Part shown: positions 29,297-40,275 of the stretch, one piece after another
How positions within the stretch are numbered: the stretch's first letter is position 1
Layout: every line of letters begins with the position of its first letter
From: Stellaceae bacterium
GTDB lineage: Bacteria > Pseudomonadota > Alphaproteobacteria > ATCC43930 > CGMCC-115725
Assembly (NCBI GenBank): GCA_035517635.1
Contig: DATIYL010000013.1
Location: 10,224-74,223 of the forward strand
Length of the DNA: 64,000 nt
Direction of reading: 5' to 3'
Notes under the pieces: model-generated
Told to the model about the DNA's origin: nothing
Seen by the model: the letters and a program-made list of their open reading frames with translations, nothing else
The model's database searches: none
Position numbers and translations under genes: made by a program

Positions 29297-30693
29297 GCGG
29301 GCTCGGCTTCCTCGGCATCGCCGAAGCCGGCGACCTGCTGCGCGCAAAGAAGCTCTCGCCGGTCGAGCTGACCAAGGCGCTGCTCGAGCGCATCGATCGT
29401 CTCGACAAGGACTACAACGCCTTCATCGCGGTGACGCCCGAGGCGGCGCTGGCGGCGGCGCGGCAAGCGGAAGCCGAGATCGCCGCCGGGCGCTGGCGCG
29501 GGCCGTTCCACGGCATTCCCTATGCGCTCAAGGACATCATCGATGTCGAGGGCCTGCCGACGACGGCGCATTCGAAGCTGCTGCAGGGCGTCGTCGCCGC
29601 GGCCGATGCGCCGGTCGCGGCGCGGCTCAAAGCGGCCGGCGGCATTCTGCTGGGCAAGCTCTCGACGCATGAATTCGCCATCGGCGGCCCCTCTTTCGAC
29701 CTGCCCTGGCCGCCGGCGCGCAATCCCTGGAACCGCGATTATTTCGCCGGCGGCTCCTCGAGCGGCAGCGGCGCCGGGCTCGCCGCCGGGCTGTTTCCGG
29801 CGGCGCTCGGCACCGATACCGGCGGCTCGGTCCGCAACCCGGCGTCGCAATGCGGCATCACCGGGATGAAGCCGACCTATGGCCGCGTCAGCCGGCGCGG
29901 CGTGCTGCCCCTCGCCTTCTCGCTCGACCATGTCGGGCCGATGACGCGCGACGTGCGCGACAATGCGCTGATGCTGCAGGTGATCGCCGGCCACGATCCC
30001 GGCGACCCCGCCAGCGCGGACGAGCCGGTGCCCGACTACGCCGCAGCGCTCGGGCAAGGCGTCAAGGGCCTCCGCGTCGGCGTCATCCGCCAGTTCTACA
30101 CCAAGGATATCGCCGCCCATCCCGAGATGGCCGCTGCCGTCGAGGCGGCGGCGCGCTTCTTTGCCGAAGCCGGCGCCGAGACCCGCGAGATCCACTTGCC
30201 GCCGCTGCAGGATCTCAGTTCCTGCGGCCAGGTCATCATGCTGGCCGAAGCCTATGCGGTGCACGAGCGCTGGCTCAAGGAGCGGCCGGAGGATTACGGC
30301 GCGCGCGGGCGCGAGCGGCTACTGGCGGGCGCCGGCTTGCGCGCGGCCGACTATATCCAGGCGGTGCGCTGGCGGCTTCAGCTGCGCGATGCGGCCGCGG
30401 CGGCTTTCCGCGATATCGACCTCGCGCTCACCGTCTCGAGCCACGATCCCGCCTGCCGCATCGACGATGATGCGGCGCTGGCGACAACCTATTCACGCCA
30501 GGCGCGGATGGCGTTCAACGTCACCGGCCAGCCGGCGCTGGTCATACCGGCGGGATTTGCCGCCAGCGGCATGCCGCTCTCCGTACAGCTCGTCGGCCGG
30601 CCTTTCGCCGAAGCCCTGCTCTACCGCGCCGCAGCCGCGTATGAGGCCGCGACCCAATGGACGAAGCGGCATCCGGCGGGGCTGGCGGGCTGA
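29293..30693 (+). CDS. Amidase-signature enzyme (GatA/AtzE-like)
   Basis: Amidase signature [14 protein letters not shown]...[13 protein letters not shown]. 466 aa. Confidence 0.85.
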   Translation: MSGLGFLGIAEAGDLLRAKKLSPVELTKALLERIDRLDKDYNAFIAVTPEAALAAARQAEAEIAAGRWRGPFHGIPYALKDIIDVEGLPTTAHSKLLQGVVAAADAPVAARLKAAGGILLGKLSTHEFAIGGPSFDLPWPPARNPWNRDYFAGGSSSGSGAGLAAGLFPAALGTDTGGSVRNPASQCGITGMKPTYGRVSRRGVLPLAFSLDHVGPMTRDVRDNALMLQVIAGHDPGDPASADEPVPDYAAALGQGVKGLRVGVIRQFYTKDIAAHPEMAAAVEAAARFFAEAGAETREIHLPPLQDLSSCGQVIMLAEAYAVHERWLKERPEDYGARGRERLLAGAGLRAADYIQAVRWRLQLRDAAAAAFRDIDLALTVSSHDPACRIDDDAALATTYSRQARMAFNVTGQPALVIPAGFAASGMPLSVQLVGRPFAEALLYRAAAAYEAATQWTKRHPAGLAG

Positions 30694-30712
30694 GAGAACG
30701 AGCGGCGCCCGC

Positions 30713-31177
30713 TCAGGGCATCAGCCACCATGTCATGTCGTTGCGATGCACGCAGTCATCGGTCGAGCGGTAGTTCTGAAGGGCGATCACCACCGCCCCG
30801 TCCATTCGGCGGTCCAGGTTCACGGCCGCGGCGCACTCCACCTTCGAAACGCCGCTCAGCGTCACCGCGACATTGGGCCAATGCCGCGCCGTGTCGACGG
30901 CGACATCGGCTTCGCGGAAATGCCGCCGAATATCCTCGCCCAGAGCCGCGCTCGGCAGCGGCACCAGCGCGTGATCGAGCTCGCCCGCCGCGCCCTGCAG
31001 CTCGTAGCGGAGCGCCACGCCGGGCGGCTCGAACGCCCAATAGACGGCGTATTCGGCGCTCCAGCTCAAGAGGATAGCGACCACGATCCAGACGCTGCTG
31101 GGAACGCGCCGCAGCGTTTCCCGGAGGCCGGCGCCGGTGCCGGGTCTTGGACCATGGATCGACGTGGCAAGCGACAT
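30713..31177 (-). CDS. Hypothetical single-pass membrane protein
   Basis: ATG 31177 with GGAAGGA upstream. One TM (VWIVVAILLSW) followed by a ~110-aa domain. No motif recognised. Confidence 0.35.
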   Translation of the reverse strand: MSLATSIHGPRPGTGAGLRETLRRVPSSVWIVVAILLSWSAEYAVYWAFEPPGVALRYELQGAAGELDHALVPLPSAALGEDIRRHFREADVAVDTARHWPNVAVTLSGVSKVECAAAVNLDRRMDGAVVIALQNYRSTDDCVHRNDMTWWLMP

Positions 31178-31365
31178 GGCGGTCGTCCTTCCCCCCGCAA
31201 GCGCTAGACGGACTGGAGAATGGGGCGGCGGGCCATGCCGGGGTGTGATGGGCGTCACAACTAAGGCGCGGGGCCCCCGGCCCTACCGTGCATCGGCGGC
31301 ATCCGCTATGAAGCGGCCGAGAGAGGCTGCAGAAGCAAGGCTTCTAAACGCGCAAGGGAGGCAAG

Positions 31366-32346
<981 letters not shown>

Positions 32347-32403
32347 GCGCTCGCGGGCGCGGCCAGCGCCCGTCACGCCAAAGTACCGGGATGAGCCTAC
32401 GCC

Positions 32404-32419
32404 CCTGGTGTACACCAGG
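32404..32419. repeat. Perfect 16-bp palindrome CCTGGTGTACACCAGG
   Basis: Self-complementary, 58 nt after the AKR stop, with no U-tract. Confidence 0.5.
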
Positions 32420-32968
32420 AGCGCCTTTCCGCGTGTTTCACGTGAAGCGTGGGTTCCAGGTGGAGGCCTTGCACACGCAGCCTCGCGTGCCCGATCAGTC
32501 GCCCAACCACACTACCACGCGCACCCCATAAAAGAGTGGAGTGGCCGACGCCGACAATGCCCCTTCACGCCTGATATGGATCAATGCAGCCCGCATAGAA
32601 CCGACCGATCCTGCCCAATTGCGGCATCGACTTGGCGATCCCCGAGGGTGGCCAGGGCAGGTTCAACGCTGCAATAGGGGGGACCGAAACCGCGATGTTT
32701 GCTCCCGATCCCTATGGCGGAACGGAGCGTCAGCCGGAACACCACTTTTTCCTTCAGCATGCACACGCCTTTGAAATCGACGCCTTCCTGAACCGCTTCA
32801 CCGCCGGTGCGCGCCATTCGCTTCGCTCAGGGCAGTTCATGCGGGTGACGATCGCCGACGCGGACGACGCTCGGTGCTTCCGCCTCTTCTTCGCCGGCGA
32901 CATCGTGCTTTATTTCCAGAGCGTCATCGGCTCGGCGGGCGTCCCGAAGGGGCAGGTCAGGACGGCCG

Positions 32969-33172
32969 ATGAACCAACGCCATGAGGCCGAGCGCTATCT
33001 GCGCAACAAGGCCGACCAGTACAGGCGGCAAGCCGCAGCCATAAATCACCCCGGCACGGCGAAGCGGCTCATTACCATGGCGACGCAGCTCGAATTCACC
33101 CTGGCCAAGATCGGCGTCGACCGCGCGCCACCGGTCGCGAGACGGCAAGCGCTCAGGCGGGTCCAGATTTAG
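32969..33172 (+). CDS. Small helical hypothetical protein (tentative)
   Basis: 67 aa, MNQRHEAERYLRNKADQYRRQAAA... Resembles small Arg/Ala-rich helical proteins common in Rhizobiales. It overlaps the upstream 32695-32985 ORF by 17 nt. Confidence 0.25.
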   Translation: MNQRHEAERYLRNKADQYRRQAAAINHPGTAKRLITMATQLEFTLAKIGVDRAPPVARRQALRRVQI

Positions 33173-33373
33173 GACTCAGAATCAGAATTTCCTGACACGG
33201 CCTGCGACCGCTTCGACGCCCCACCTCACCCTCCCGCTTACGCGGGGGCCGCGCTTCCGCGTTCTCTGTGTTCTCCGTGGTGCACCTCACATGCAATCGC
33301 GCCCGCGACCTCGCTTGCTTCCGCGAACGGACCCACTCTAGGCTTTTCGTCTCCATCCCAGAGGGAGGTCCCC

Positions 33374-34231
33374 ATGCGTCTCAGCGCGTTTTTTCCGACC
33401 CGCGATATCGGCAACGATCCCGTCAAAATCCGGGATTGGGCGCAGGCGGCGGAGGATCTCGGCTACGTCTATATCGAGGTCCCCGACCATGTCTTCGGCG
33501 CGACGGCGCGCGACGGCTGGACACCGCTCTACAACGAGACCGACCCGTTTCACGAGACCTTCACGACGCTCGCCTTCCTCGCCGCGGCGACCGAGAACAT
33601 CAAGCTGTCGAGCGGCATCCTCATCCTGCCGCAGCGGCAGACCGGCGTCGTCGCCAAGCAGGCCGCCGAGGTCGACATCCTCAGCGGGGGACGCCTGCGT
33701 TTGGGCATCGGCGGCGGCTGGAACCATGTCGAATACCAGGCGCTCGGCGCCGAGTGGAAGACGCGCGGGGCGCGCCAGGCCGAACAAGTCGAGGTGTTGC
33801 GCCGGTTGTGGACCGAAGATCTCGTGACCTTCGCCGGCCGGTTTCACGATCTGCGCGAGGTCAATATCCTGCCGCGACCGATCCAGCAGCCGATCCCGAT
33901 CTGGTTCGGCGGCTCGTCGGACGCGATCATCGAGCGCGCGGCGCGGCTGGGCGATGGCTGGATGCCGATCATGCCGCCGGATGAGGACGCCGCCGCGAAG
34001 CTGGCGGCGCTGCGCCATCATCTCCGGTCGTTCGGGCGGGATCCGGCGGCGTTCGGCTTGGAGGCATGGCTGCGCATGAAAGAGCCCGACCCTCAGCTTT
34101 GGTCCGCCGCCGCCGAGGGCTGGCGCCGGCTTGGCGCCGCGGTGGTGATGCTCTATCCGACCTATCGGATCGCAAGTTTTGACGAGCAGATCCAGACTTT
34201 GCGGCGCTTCAAGGAGGTGGTGGAGGGCTAG
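33374..34231 (+). CDS. Luciferase-like (LLM class) flavin/F420-type oxidoreductase
   Basis: SD GGAGG. DHVFG, LSGGRLRLGIGGGW, TIM-barrel LLM pattern. Confidence 0.75.
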   Translation: MRLSAFFPTRDIGNDPVKIRDWAQAAEDLGYVYIEVPDHVFGATARDGWTPLYNETDPFHETFTTLAFLAAATENIKLSSGILILPQRQTGVVAKQAAEVDILSGGRLRLGIGGGWNHVEYQALGAEWKTRGARQAEQVEVLRRLWTEDLVTFAGRFHDLREVNILPRPIQQPIPIWFGGSSDAIIERAARLGDGWMPIMPPDEDAAAKLAALRHHLRSFGRDPAAFGLEAWLRMKEPDPQLWSAAAEGWRRLGAAVVMLYPTYRIASFDEQIQTLRRFKEVVEG

Positions 34232-34264
34232 CGCGCCCCCTCCCCTTTTTCGCCGGTTTTCGCC

Positions 34265-35482
34265 ATGATGCGGGCGGCGGAACGGAACGAGGACATGGCG
34301 AAGGCGCGCAAGGATAAGACGGCGAAGGCGGTCGGCGGCACACGCGCCCTCGCCGATACCGAGCGGGCCCTCCGCCTCAGCGAAGCGCATCTGCGCTCGG
34401 TGCTGGAGACGGTGCCGGACGCGATCATCGTCATCGACGATCACGGCATCATCGAATCCTTCAGCCCGGCCGCCGAGCGGCTCTTCGGCTACAAGGAAGC
34501 GGCGGTGGCAGGCAAGAACGTCAATGTTCTGATGCCTTCCCCCTATCGCGAACAGCATGACGGCTATCTCGCGCGCTATCTGACGACCGGGGAGCGGCGC
34601 ATCATCGGCATCGGCCGTGTCGTGGTCGGCCAGCGCGCCGACGGCTCGACCTTTCCGATGGAGCTGGCCGTCGGCGAGATCAACCTCGACGACGGGCGCC
34701 GCCTCTTCACCGGCTTCGTGCGCGACATCACCGAGCGTCAGACGACGCGCGAGCGGCTGCACGAGCTGCAGTCGGAGCTGTTGCGCGCGTCGCGCCTCTC
34801 CTCCATGGGGCAGATGGCCTCGGCGCTCGCCCATGAGCTGAACCAGCCGCTCACGGCGGTCATCAATTACGTCCAGGCGTGCCGGCGGCTGCTGGCAAGC
34901 GGCGATGGCGTTGCGCTCGAGCGGCTGCAGGACACGATGGACAAGGCGGTGAGCCAGGCCAACCGCGCCGGCCAGATCATCCACCGCATGCGCCAGTTCA
35001 TCCAGAAGGGCGATACCGACCGACAGGTCGAGAGCATCAACAAGCTGATCGAAGAGGCGAGCGCGCTGGCGCTGGTCGGCGCCAAGGAGAGCGGCATCCT
35101 CGTGCGCCTCGAGCTCAGTCCGGAGCTGCCGCCGGTGCTCGTCGACCGCATTCAGATCCAGCAGGTGCTGGTGAACCTGATCCGCAACAGCGTCGAAGCG
35201 CTCAGCACCGTGCCGCGCCGCGAGCTGACGATCAAGACGTACAAGTCGAACGGAGAGATGGTCGAGGTCGCCGTCGCCGATAGCGGCCCCGGCCTCGACG
35301 AGGCCGTCGCCAAGCAGCTCTTCCAGCCCTTCATCACCACCAAGGCCCGCGGCATGGGGCTCGGCCTGTCGATCAGCCGCTCGATCATCGATGCGCATGG
35401 CGGCAGGCTTTGGGCCGTGCCGGTGCCCCAATCCGGCGTCAGCTTCCAGTTCACGCTTCCTGCCGCCGAGCCCGCCCCATGA
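34265..35482 (+). CDS. fixL: Oxygen-sensing haem-PAS histidine kinase FixL (soluble form)
   Basis: The haem-PAS block [52 protein letters not shown] is near-identical in pattern to rhizobial FixL. H-box [10 protein letters not shown]. No TM segments. Confidence 0.8.
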   Translation: MMRAAERNEDMAKARKDKTAKAVGGTRALADTERALRLSEAHLRSVLETVPDAIIVIDDHGIIESFSPAAERLFGYKEAAVAGKNVNVLMPSPYREQHDGYLARYLTTGERRIIGIGRVVVGQRADGSTFPMELAVGEINLDDGRRLFTGFVRDITERQTTRERLHELQSELLRASRLSSMGQMASALAHELNQPLTAVINYVQACRRLLASGDGVALERLQDTMDKAVSQANRAGQIIHRMRQFIQKGDTDRQVESINKLIEEASALALVGAKESGILVRLELSPELPPVLVDRIQIQQVLVNLIRNSVEALSTVPRRELTIKTYKSNGEMVEVAVADSGPGLDEAVAKQLFQPFITTKARGMGLGLSISRSIIDAHGGRLWAVPVPQSGVSFQFTLPAAEPAP

Positions 35483-36099
35483 GCGAGGATGCCCGCATCT
35501 TCATTGTCGACGACGACGAGGCGGTTCGCGATTCGCTGGAGCTGCTGCTGCGATCCTCGGGCTTCGAGACGATCGTCGCCTATCCCTCGGCACGCAGCTT
35601 CCTGGCGGAGGCGGTACCGATGCCGGGCGCGTGCCTGCTTCTCGATGTGCGCATGCCGGACATGGACGGGCTCGAGCTGCAGGAAGAGCTCAACCGCCGC
35701 GGCATCAAGCTGCCCGTGATCATGATGACCGGCCATGGCGACGTGCCGATCGCCGTCCGCGCGATGAAGGCCGGGGCGATGGATTTCATCGAGAAGCCTT
35801 TCTCCGACGAGCTGCTGGTCGATTGCGTGCGCCGCGCGCGGCGGCAGGCCGACGAAGCACGGCGCGAAAGCGCCGAGGCCGACGATGTGCGCCGCCGGCT
35901 GGAGATCCTGACGCCGCGCGAGCGCGAGGTACTTCAGGGAATGATTGCCGGCCAGCCGAACAAGCTCATCGCCCATGCGCTCGGCATCAGCCCGCGCACG
36001 GTCGAGATCCACCGCGCCCGCGTCATGGACAAGATGGCGGCACGCAGCCTTTCGGCGCTGGTGCGGATGGCGCTGGCGGCCGGGATCGAGCCGGCCTGA
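35479..36099 (+). CDS. fixJ: Response regulator FixJ (REC + LuxR-type HTH)
   Basis: ATG 35479 overlaps the fixL TGA (ATGA). [34 protein letters not shown]...[19 protein letters not shown]. Confidence 0.85.
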   Translation: MSEDARIFIVDDDEAVRDSLELLLRSSGFETIVAYPSARSFLAEAVPMPGACLLLDVRMPDMDGLELQEELNRRGIKLPVIMMTGHGDVPIAVRAMKAGAMDFIEKPFSDELLVDCVRRARRQADEARRESAEADDVRRRLEILTPREREVLQGMIAGQPNKLIAHALGISPRTVEIHRARVMDKMAARSLSALVRMALAAGIEPA

Positions 36100-36112
36100 G
36101 CGCGAAGCGGCG

Positions 36113-37435
36113 TCAGCCCTTCTGCGCGGTCGGTCTCGCCGCGCGCGCCTTGTCGATGTCGACCTCGACCATCGTCGCATCGTTGAGCAGCGCCCCGCCG
36201 AAATCGGCGTCCTGAACCCGCGCTTTTTTCAGGCTGGCGCTGCGCAGGTCGGCCGCGAAGAATTTGGCGCCTTCGAGGTTCGAGGGAAGATCTTGCGAAC
36301 CGGAGCCGACGCGCTCCAAGGGACCGAGATTGGCACCGATCAGCACGGCGGCACCGAGATGCGCGTGCGACAGGCAGGCGCCCCTCAGATCGGCGTTGGA
36401 CAGGTTGGCCTCGCGCAGATCGGAAAACGACAGATCCACCATCGACAACATGGCACCGGTCAGATTGACACGCCGAAGCCGTGCGCCGACGATCGTCGCC
36501 ATCGCCAAATTGACATGGCTCAGGTCATAGCCGCTCAAATCGGCGTGGTTCAGCACGGCGCGTTGGCCGTTCCTGCCGCTGCTCTCGACCCAGATCGCAT
36601 GGTGGCGCAGCGCCTCGACGAGCGTGTCGCGGGAGATGCTGGAGATGGCCGGCTTGGTCAGCCCCTCCACCTTCAGCGCGCCGGCGAAGACCTCCCCATC
36701 CATGATCGCGCCGCTGATATCGACGCCCTGAACCTCGGCCCCCTTGAAGATGGCTTTGCTCAGGCAGGCGCCGCGCAAAACGGCGTCGTTCAATCTGGCA
36801 TTGGTCATGTCGGCGCGCTCGAGCACCGCCCCGGTCAGGTCGGCGCGACGCATATCGACATTGCGCAGATCGGCATGGTTCAGAACGGCATCCCTGAGAT
36901 CCGCGCCGGTCAGGACGGCATCGGTGAGCTTCGCCTCGGAAAAGTCGGCGCCGCGGGCGCGCACTTTCGTGGCATCCGCCGATTGCGGCCGGAGCGCAGC
37001 GCTAGCGGCAAGCTCGCCGCTGTCCATCCTCGCAAAGGTGCCCTGTCGGAGATCCGCGCCGCGAAAGCAGGCTCGCTCCATTTGCGCGCCGCGCAGGCAG
37101 GCGCCTCTGAGGTCGGATTTCGACAGGTCCGCGCCATCCAAATTCGACAGGCGCAAATCGGCCCCGAACAAATTGGCACCGGACAACCGCGTGTCGCTCA
37201 GCTTCGATCCGCGAAGATTGGCGCCTGTCAGGTCGGCGCGGGAGAGATCGTGTCCGCTGAGATCGAGACCCGAGAGGTCATGGCGGGCGAAGGACGCGGG
37301 ACGGCCGCCCGAGCGGCCGCGAACGTAAAGCTCGTGCAACTGCAGCACCTGACGGAATTGCTGCGGCGTAAGGCGCTTGTAGTCCGGGCCCGAATATCCG
37401 GCGTCTTCGAACGGCATGCCACTATTATTAGGCAA
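36113..37435 (-). CDS. Pentapeptide-repeat protein (two repeat blocks)
   Basis: Dozens of A(D/N)LxG-type pentads (ADLTGANLRGSKLSDTRLSGANLFGADLRLSNL...), interrupted near residue ~265-290. Confidence 0.8.
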   Translation of the reverse strand: MPNNSGMPFEDAGYSGPDYKRLTPQQFRQVLQLHELYVRGRSGGRPASFARHDLSGLDLSGHDLSRADLTGANLRGSKLSDTRLSGANLFGADLRLSNLDGADLSKSDLRGACLRGAQMERACFRGADLRQGTFARMDSGELAASAALRPQSADATKVRARGADFSEAKLTDAVLTGADLRDAVLNHADLRNVDMRRADLTGAVLERADMTNARLNDAVLRGACLSKAIFKGAEVQGVDISGAIMDGEVFAGALKVEGLTKPAISSISRDTLVEALRHHAIWVESSGRNGQRAVLNHADLSGYDLSHVNLAMATIVGARLRRVNLTGAMLSMVDLSFSDLREANLSNADLRGACLSHAHLGAAVLIGANLGPLERVGSGSQDLPSNLEGAKFFAADLRSASLKKARVQDADFGGALLNDATMVEVDIDKARAARPTAQKG

Positions 37436-37736
37436 AAGCGTTATGAATTACTGAATTGACGGGTGCATCGGAGCTGTGCGCCCAGGAAACCTGGAGCGGC
37501 GCGACCCCGCACGCGACCGCGTGCCAGCGGCCCGACATCAGCGCGCTTCCGCCGTCCGACCGCGCGCGTCACGATCGTGTGAGCAATCCTCCGGAATCCG
37601 GGTTTTCCCTCCGCAGGTCTGCTTCCCCAAGAGATACGGAAGGTGGCGATAATTCCCTCTTAACGAGTATTCGCCATAGTGCGGCGGCATCGAGTTCTCG
37701 CCCGCTTCACCCGGAAGCCAGGCCGGAGGCGCGTCG

Positions 37737-39212
37737 TTGCAGCGCAGAATTGACATCCACGAGTTCGCCACGTCGCGGACAGGACGGAGCTATTTCAAGT
37801 TCCTCCTCTTCTGCGCGCTGTTCTCGTTCGGCATCGGCTTCGTCTTCTACCAGACCAATCTGCGCTCCTATACCGTAAGCAAGGGTGAGGAGAAGATCAC
37901 GGCGCTGCAGCTGGTGGATGCGTTTGTGAATGAGTATTCGAATATTCGCGGCGACCTCCGCAATGACAAGGCGCCCGTCCCTGCCACGTTCCGCGCTCAC
38001 GCCATCGATCGCTTCAACCGCTCGCGCGACGGCGACCACCTCTTGCGTCTCGACCTCGTCGGTCGGACGGGCCGGGCGATCGTGACGCCACCGCGAGACA
38101 AGGCGATGGCCGAGGTCATCGAGGAATTCGCCCACTCGACGACGCCCCAACCGCGCTCCGCGTTCATCGCTGTCGACGGACATACGATCTTCCGGACGAT
38201 GTATCCTTCGATCGCCAGTCAGCAGAGCTGCGTCGATTGTCACAACCAACTCCAAGGCGACAAGGGGCGCTGGCAGCTCAATGACGTCATGGGCGCGTTT
38301 TCGGTCGACGTTCCCGCCGGCCCCTTCCTGCGCCGCAATCTCCTGCAGAGCGCCGGCATGGGGCTCGGAATATTCACTGCGCTGAGCACGGTAAGCCTAT
38401 GGATCGCGCTGCTCTATTTCCATCGGCTCCGCGAACGCGAGGCCGCCTTTCTCACCGTACAACGAGCAAAGGAAGAGGCAGAGGCGGCAAGCCGTTCCAA
38501 ATCCGAGTTCCTGGCGAATATGAGCCATGAATTGCGCACGCCCTTGAATGCCATCATCGGTTTCTCGGACGTCATGGCGGGCGAAAAATTCGGTCCCCTT
38601 GGAAATGCGCGCTATGTGCAATACGTCCACGATGTCGGCGACAGCGGGCGACATCTCCTGAGCCTCATCAACGACGTGCTCGATATCTCGAAAGTCGAAT
38701 GCGGCAAGCTTGATCTCCATGAAGAGACCGTCGATCTTGCCGAGATCATCGACGGCTGCATCCGTCTCATGCGCGAACGCGCCGAAGCGGCACAAATTTC
38801 GCTGACGGCCGAAGTGGCGGCGCCGCTGCCGCAGCTTTGGGCGGATGATCGCCGCATCAAGCAGGTCGTGCTCAACCTGGTTTCGAATGCCGTCAAATTC
38901 ACACCGGCGGGCGGCAGCGTCTCGGTGCGCGCGTCCGCCGACAAGGACGGTCTCCGTTTCGCGGTCAGCGATAGCGGGATCGGCATGGACGCGGCCGGCA
39001 TCGAGCTGGCATTGCGGCCGTTCGGTCAGGTCGATTCCAGCCTCGCCCGCAAATATTCCGGCACCGGCCTTGGCTTGCCGCTGAGCAAGGCGATTGCGGA
39101 ATTGCACGGCGGCACACTCGAGATCGCCAGCCGACCGGGCGAGGGAACGGTCGTGACGGTCGCTTTACCGCCGCACCGGATCATCGCGAAGCGAGCCGAC
39201 ACCGCCGCTTGA
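37737..39212 (+). CDS. Histidine kinase with periplasmic c-type-haem (DUF3365/Tll0287-like) sensor domain
   Basis: N-terminal TM, then a ~180-aa domain ending SQQSCVDCHNQL (CXXCH), TM2. H-box FLANMSHELRTPLNAI, HATPase GTGLGLPL. No adjacent regulator. Confidence 0.7.
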   Translation: MQRRIDIHEFATSRTGRSYFKFLLFCALFSFGIGFVFYQTNLRSYTVSKGEEKITALQLVDAFVNEYSNIRGDLRNDKAPVPATFRAHAIDRFNRSRDGDHLLRLDLVGRTGRAIVTPPRDKAMAEVIEEFAHSTTPQPRSAFIAVDGHTIFRTMYPSIASQQSCVDCHNQLQGDKGRWQLNDVMGAFSVDVPAGPFLRRNLLQSAGMGLGIFTALSTVSLWIALLYFHRLREREAAFLTVQRAKEEAEAASRSKSEFLANMSHELRTPLNAIIGFSDVMAGEKFGPLGNARYVQYVHDVGDSGRHLLSLINDVLDISKVECGKLDLHEETVDLAEIIDGCIRLMRERAEAAQISLTAEVAAPLPQLWADDRRIKQVVLNLVSNAVKFTPAGGSVSVRASADKDGLRFAVSDSGIGMDAAGIELALRPFGQVDSSLARKYSGTGLGLPLSKAIAELHGGTLEIASRPGEGTVVTVALPPHRIIAKRADTAA

Positions 39213-39351
39213 CGCGACGCGGTCGCGTTGCTTGCGCCAAGTCACCGACACTCCGTCATCAAATCATCATAAATCTTCGCGCAACGAAGCCTTTCAGATC
39301 GTCCGCGCCTCGCAGTAAAGTGGAGCGGGGATCGGCATTTGGAGCAGCAAC

Positions 39352-40275
39352 ATGGCGGCGCCGGGGGATCAGCCGACAAATGGGCGAGACTGGTTGGACG
39401 CGGAACTCGCCGATGCGATCGATGAGGATTATGAGCTCGAGCTCTCCGAGCCGGAACTGTCGCTCGAGATCCAGAAAGTCTATCGGAAGGCGCATCCGCC
39501 AGCGCTTTCGCGCGTCGACTATTTTCGCACCCTGCTGAAACTCCAGGCCGAGCTGATCAAGCTCCAGGACTGGATCGCTCATCACAAGGAAAAAGTCGTC
39601 GTCATCTTCGAAGGCAGGGACAGCGCCGGCAAGGGAGGCGTCATCAAGCGCATCACCCAGCGGCTCAATCCGCGGGTCTGCCGCGTCGTTGCGCTCCCCG
39701 CCCCCACCGAGCGCGAGCGCTCCCAATGGTACTTCCAGCGCTACGTCCCGCATCTTCCAGCCGGCGGCGAGATCGTGCTGTTCGATCGCTCCTGGTACAA
39801 CCGGTCGGGCGTCGAGCGCGTCATGGGCTTCGCCACCGCGGAGCAGGTCGAGCAATTCTTTCACGACGTCCCCGAGTTCGAACGCATGCTGGTCCGCTCG
39901 GGCATCCGGCTGATCAAATATTGGTTCTCGATCACCGACCAGGAGCAGCAGCTGCGCTTCCTGATGCGCATCCACGACCCGCTGAAGCAATGGAAGCTTT
40001 CGCCCATGGATCTGCAGTCCAGGATCCGCTGGGAGGACTATACGAGGGCGAAGGAGGAGACCTTCGCCCGGACCAATATCCCGGAAGCGCCATGGCACAT
40101 CGTCGAGGCGAACGACAAAAAACGGGCGCGCCTCAACTGCATCGACCATCTGCTCTCTCAAATAGCCTATGAAGAGGTTCCGCATGAGGAGGTGACGTTG
40201 CCCGACCGGGTCTTCAATCCGGATTACGAGCGACATGTCTTGCCCCCGGAACTTTTCGTTCCGTCGAAGTACTGA
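39352..40275 (+). CDS. ppk2: Polyphosphate kinase 2
   Basis: Walker A EGRDSAGKGG, RYVPHLPAGGEIVLFDRSWYNR, PPK2 lid region. Confidence 0.85.
   Translation: MAAPGDQPTNGRDWLDAELADAIDEDYELELSEPELSLEIQKVYRKAHPPALSRVDYFRTLLKLQAELIKLQDWIAHHKEKVVVIFEGRDSAGKGGVIKRITQRLNPRVCRVVALPAPTERERSQWYFQRYVPHLPAGGEIVLFDRSWYNRSGVERVMGFATAEQVEQFFHDVPEFERMLVRSGIRLIKYWFSITDQEQQLRFLMRIHDPLKQWKLSPMDLQSRIRWEDYTRAKEETFARTNIPEAPWHIVEANDKKRARLNCIDHLLSQIAYEEVPHEEVTLPDRVFNPDYERHVLPPELFVPSKY

Noticed and set aside
26556-29408. 950-aa ORF, and the 773-aa ORF at 25471-27792
   Set aside because: These are read-through N-terminal extensions. Only the C-terminal 475 aa (hydantoinase) and 353 aa (2OG oxygenase) look like proteins. 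The upstream parts overlap the COG0523 and hydantoinase genes in another frame.
29080-30264. 394-aa minus-strand ORF
   Set aside because: It is antisense to the amidase, which carries the full amidase signature.
33338-35431. 697-aa minus-strand ORF
   Set aside because: It is antisense to the LLM oxidoreductase and fixL, both of which carry clear motifs. Its translation is Arg/Ala/Gly/Asp-rich with no recognisable domain, a typical high-GC shadow ORF.
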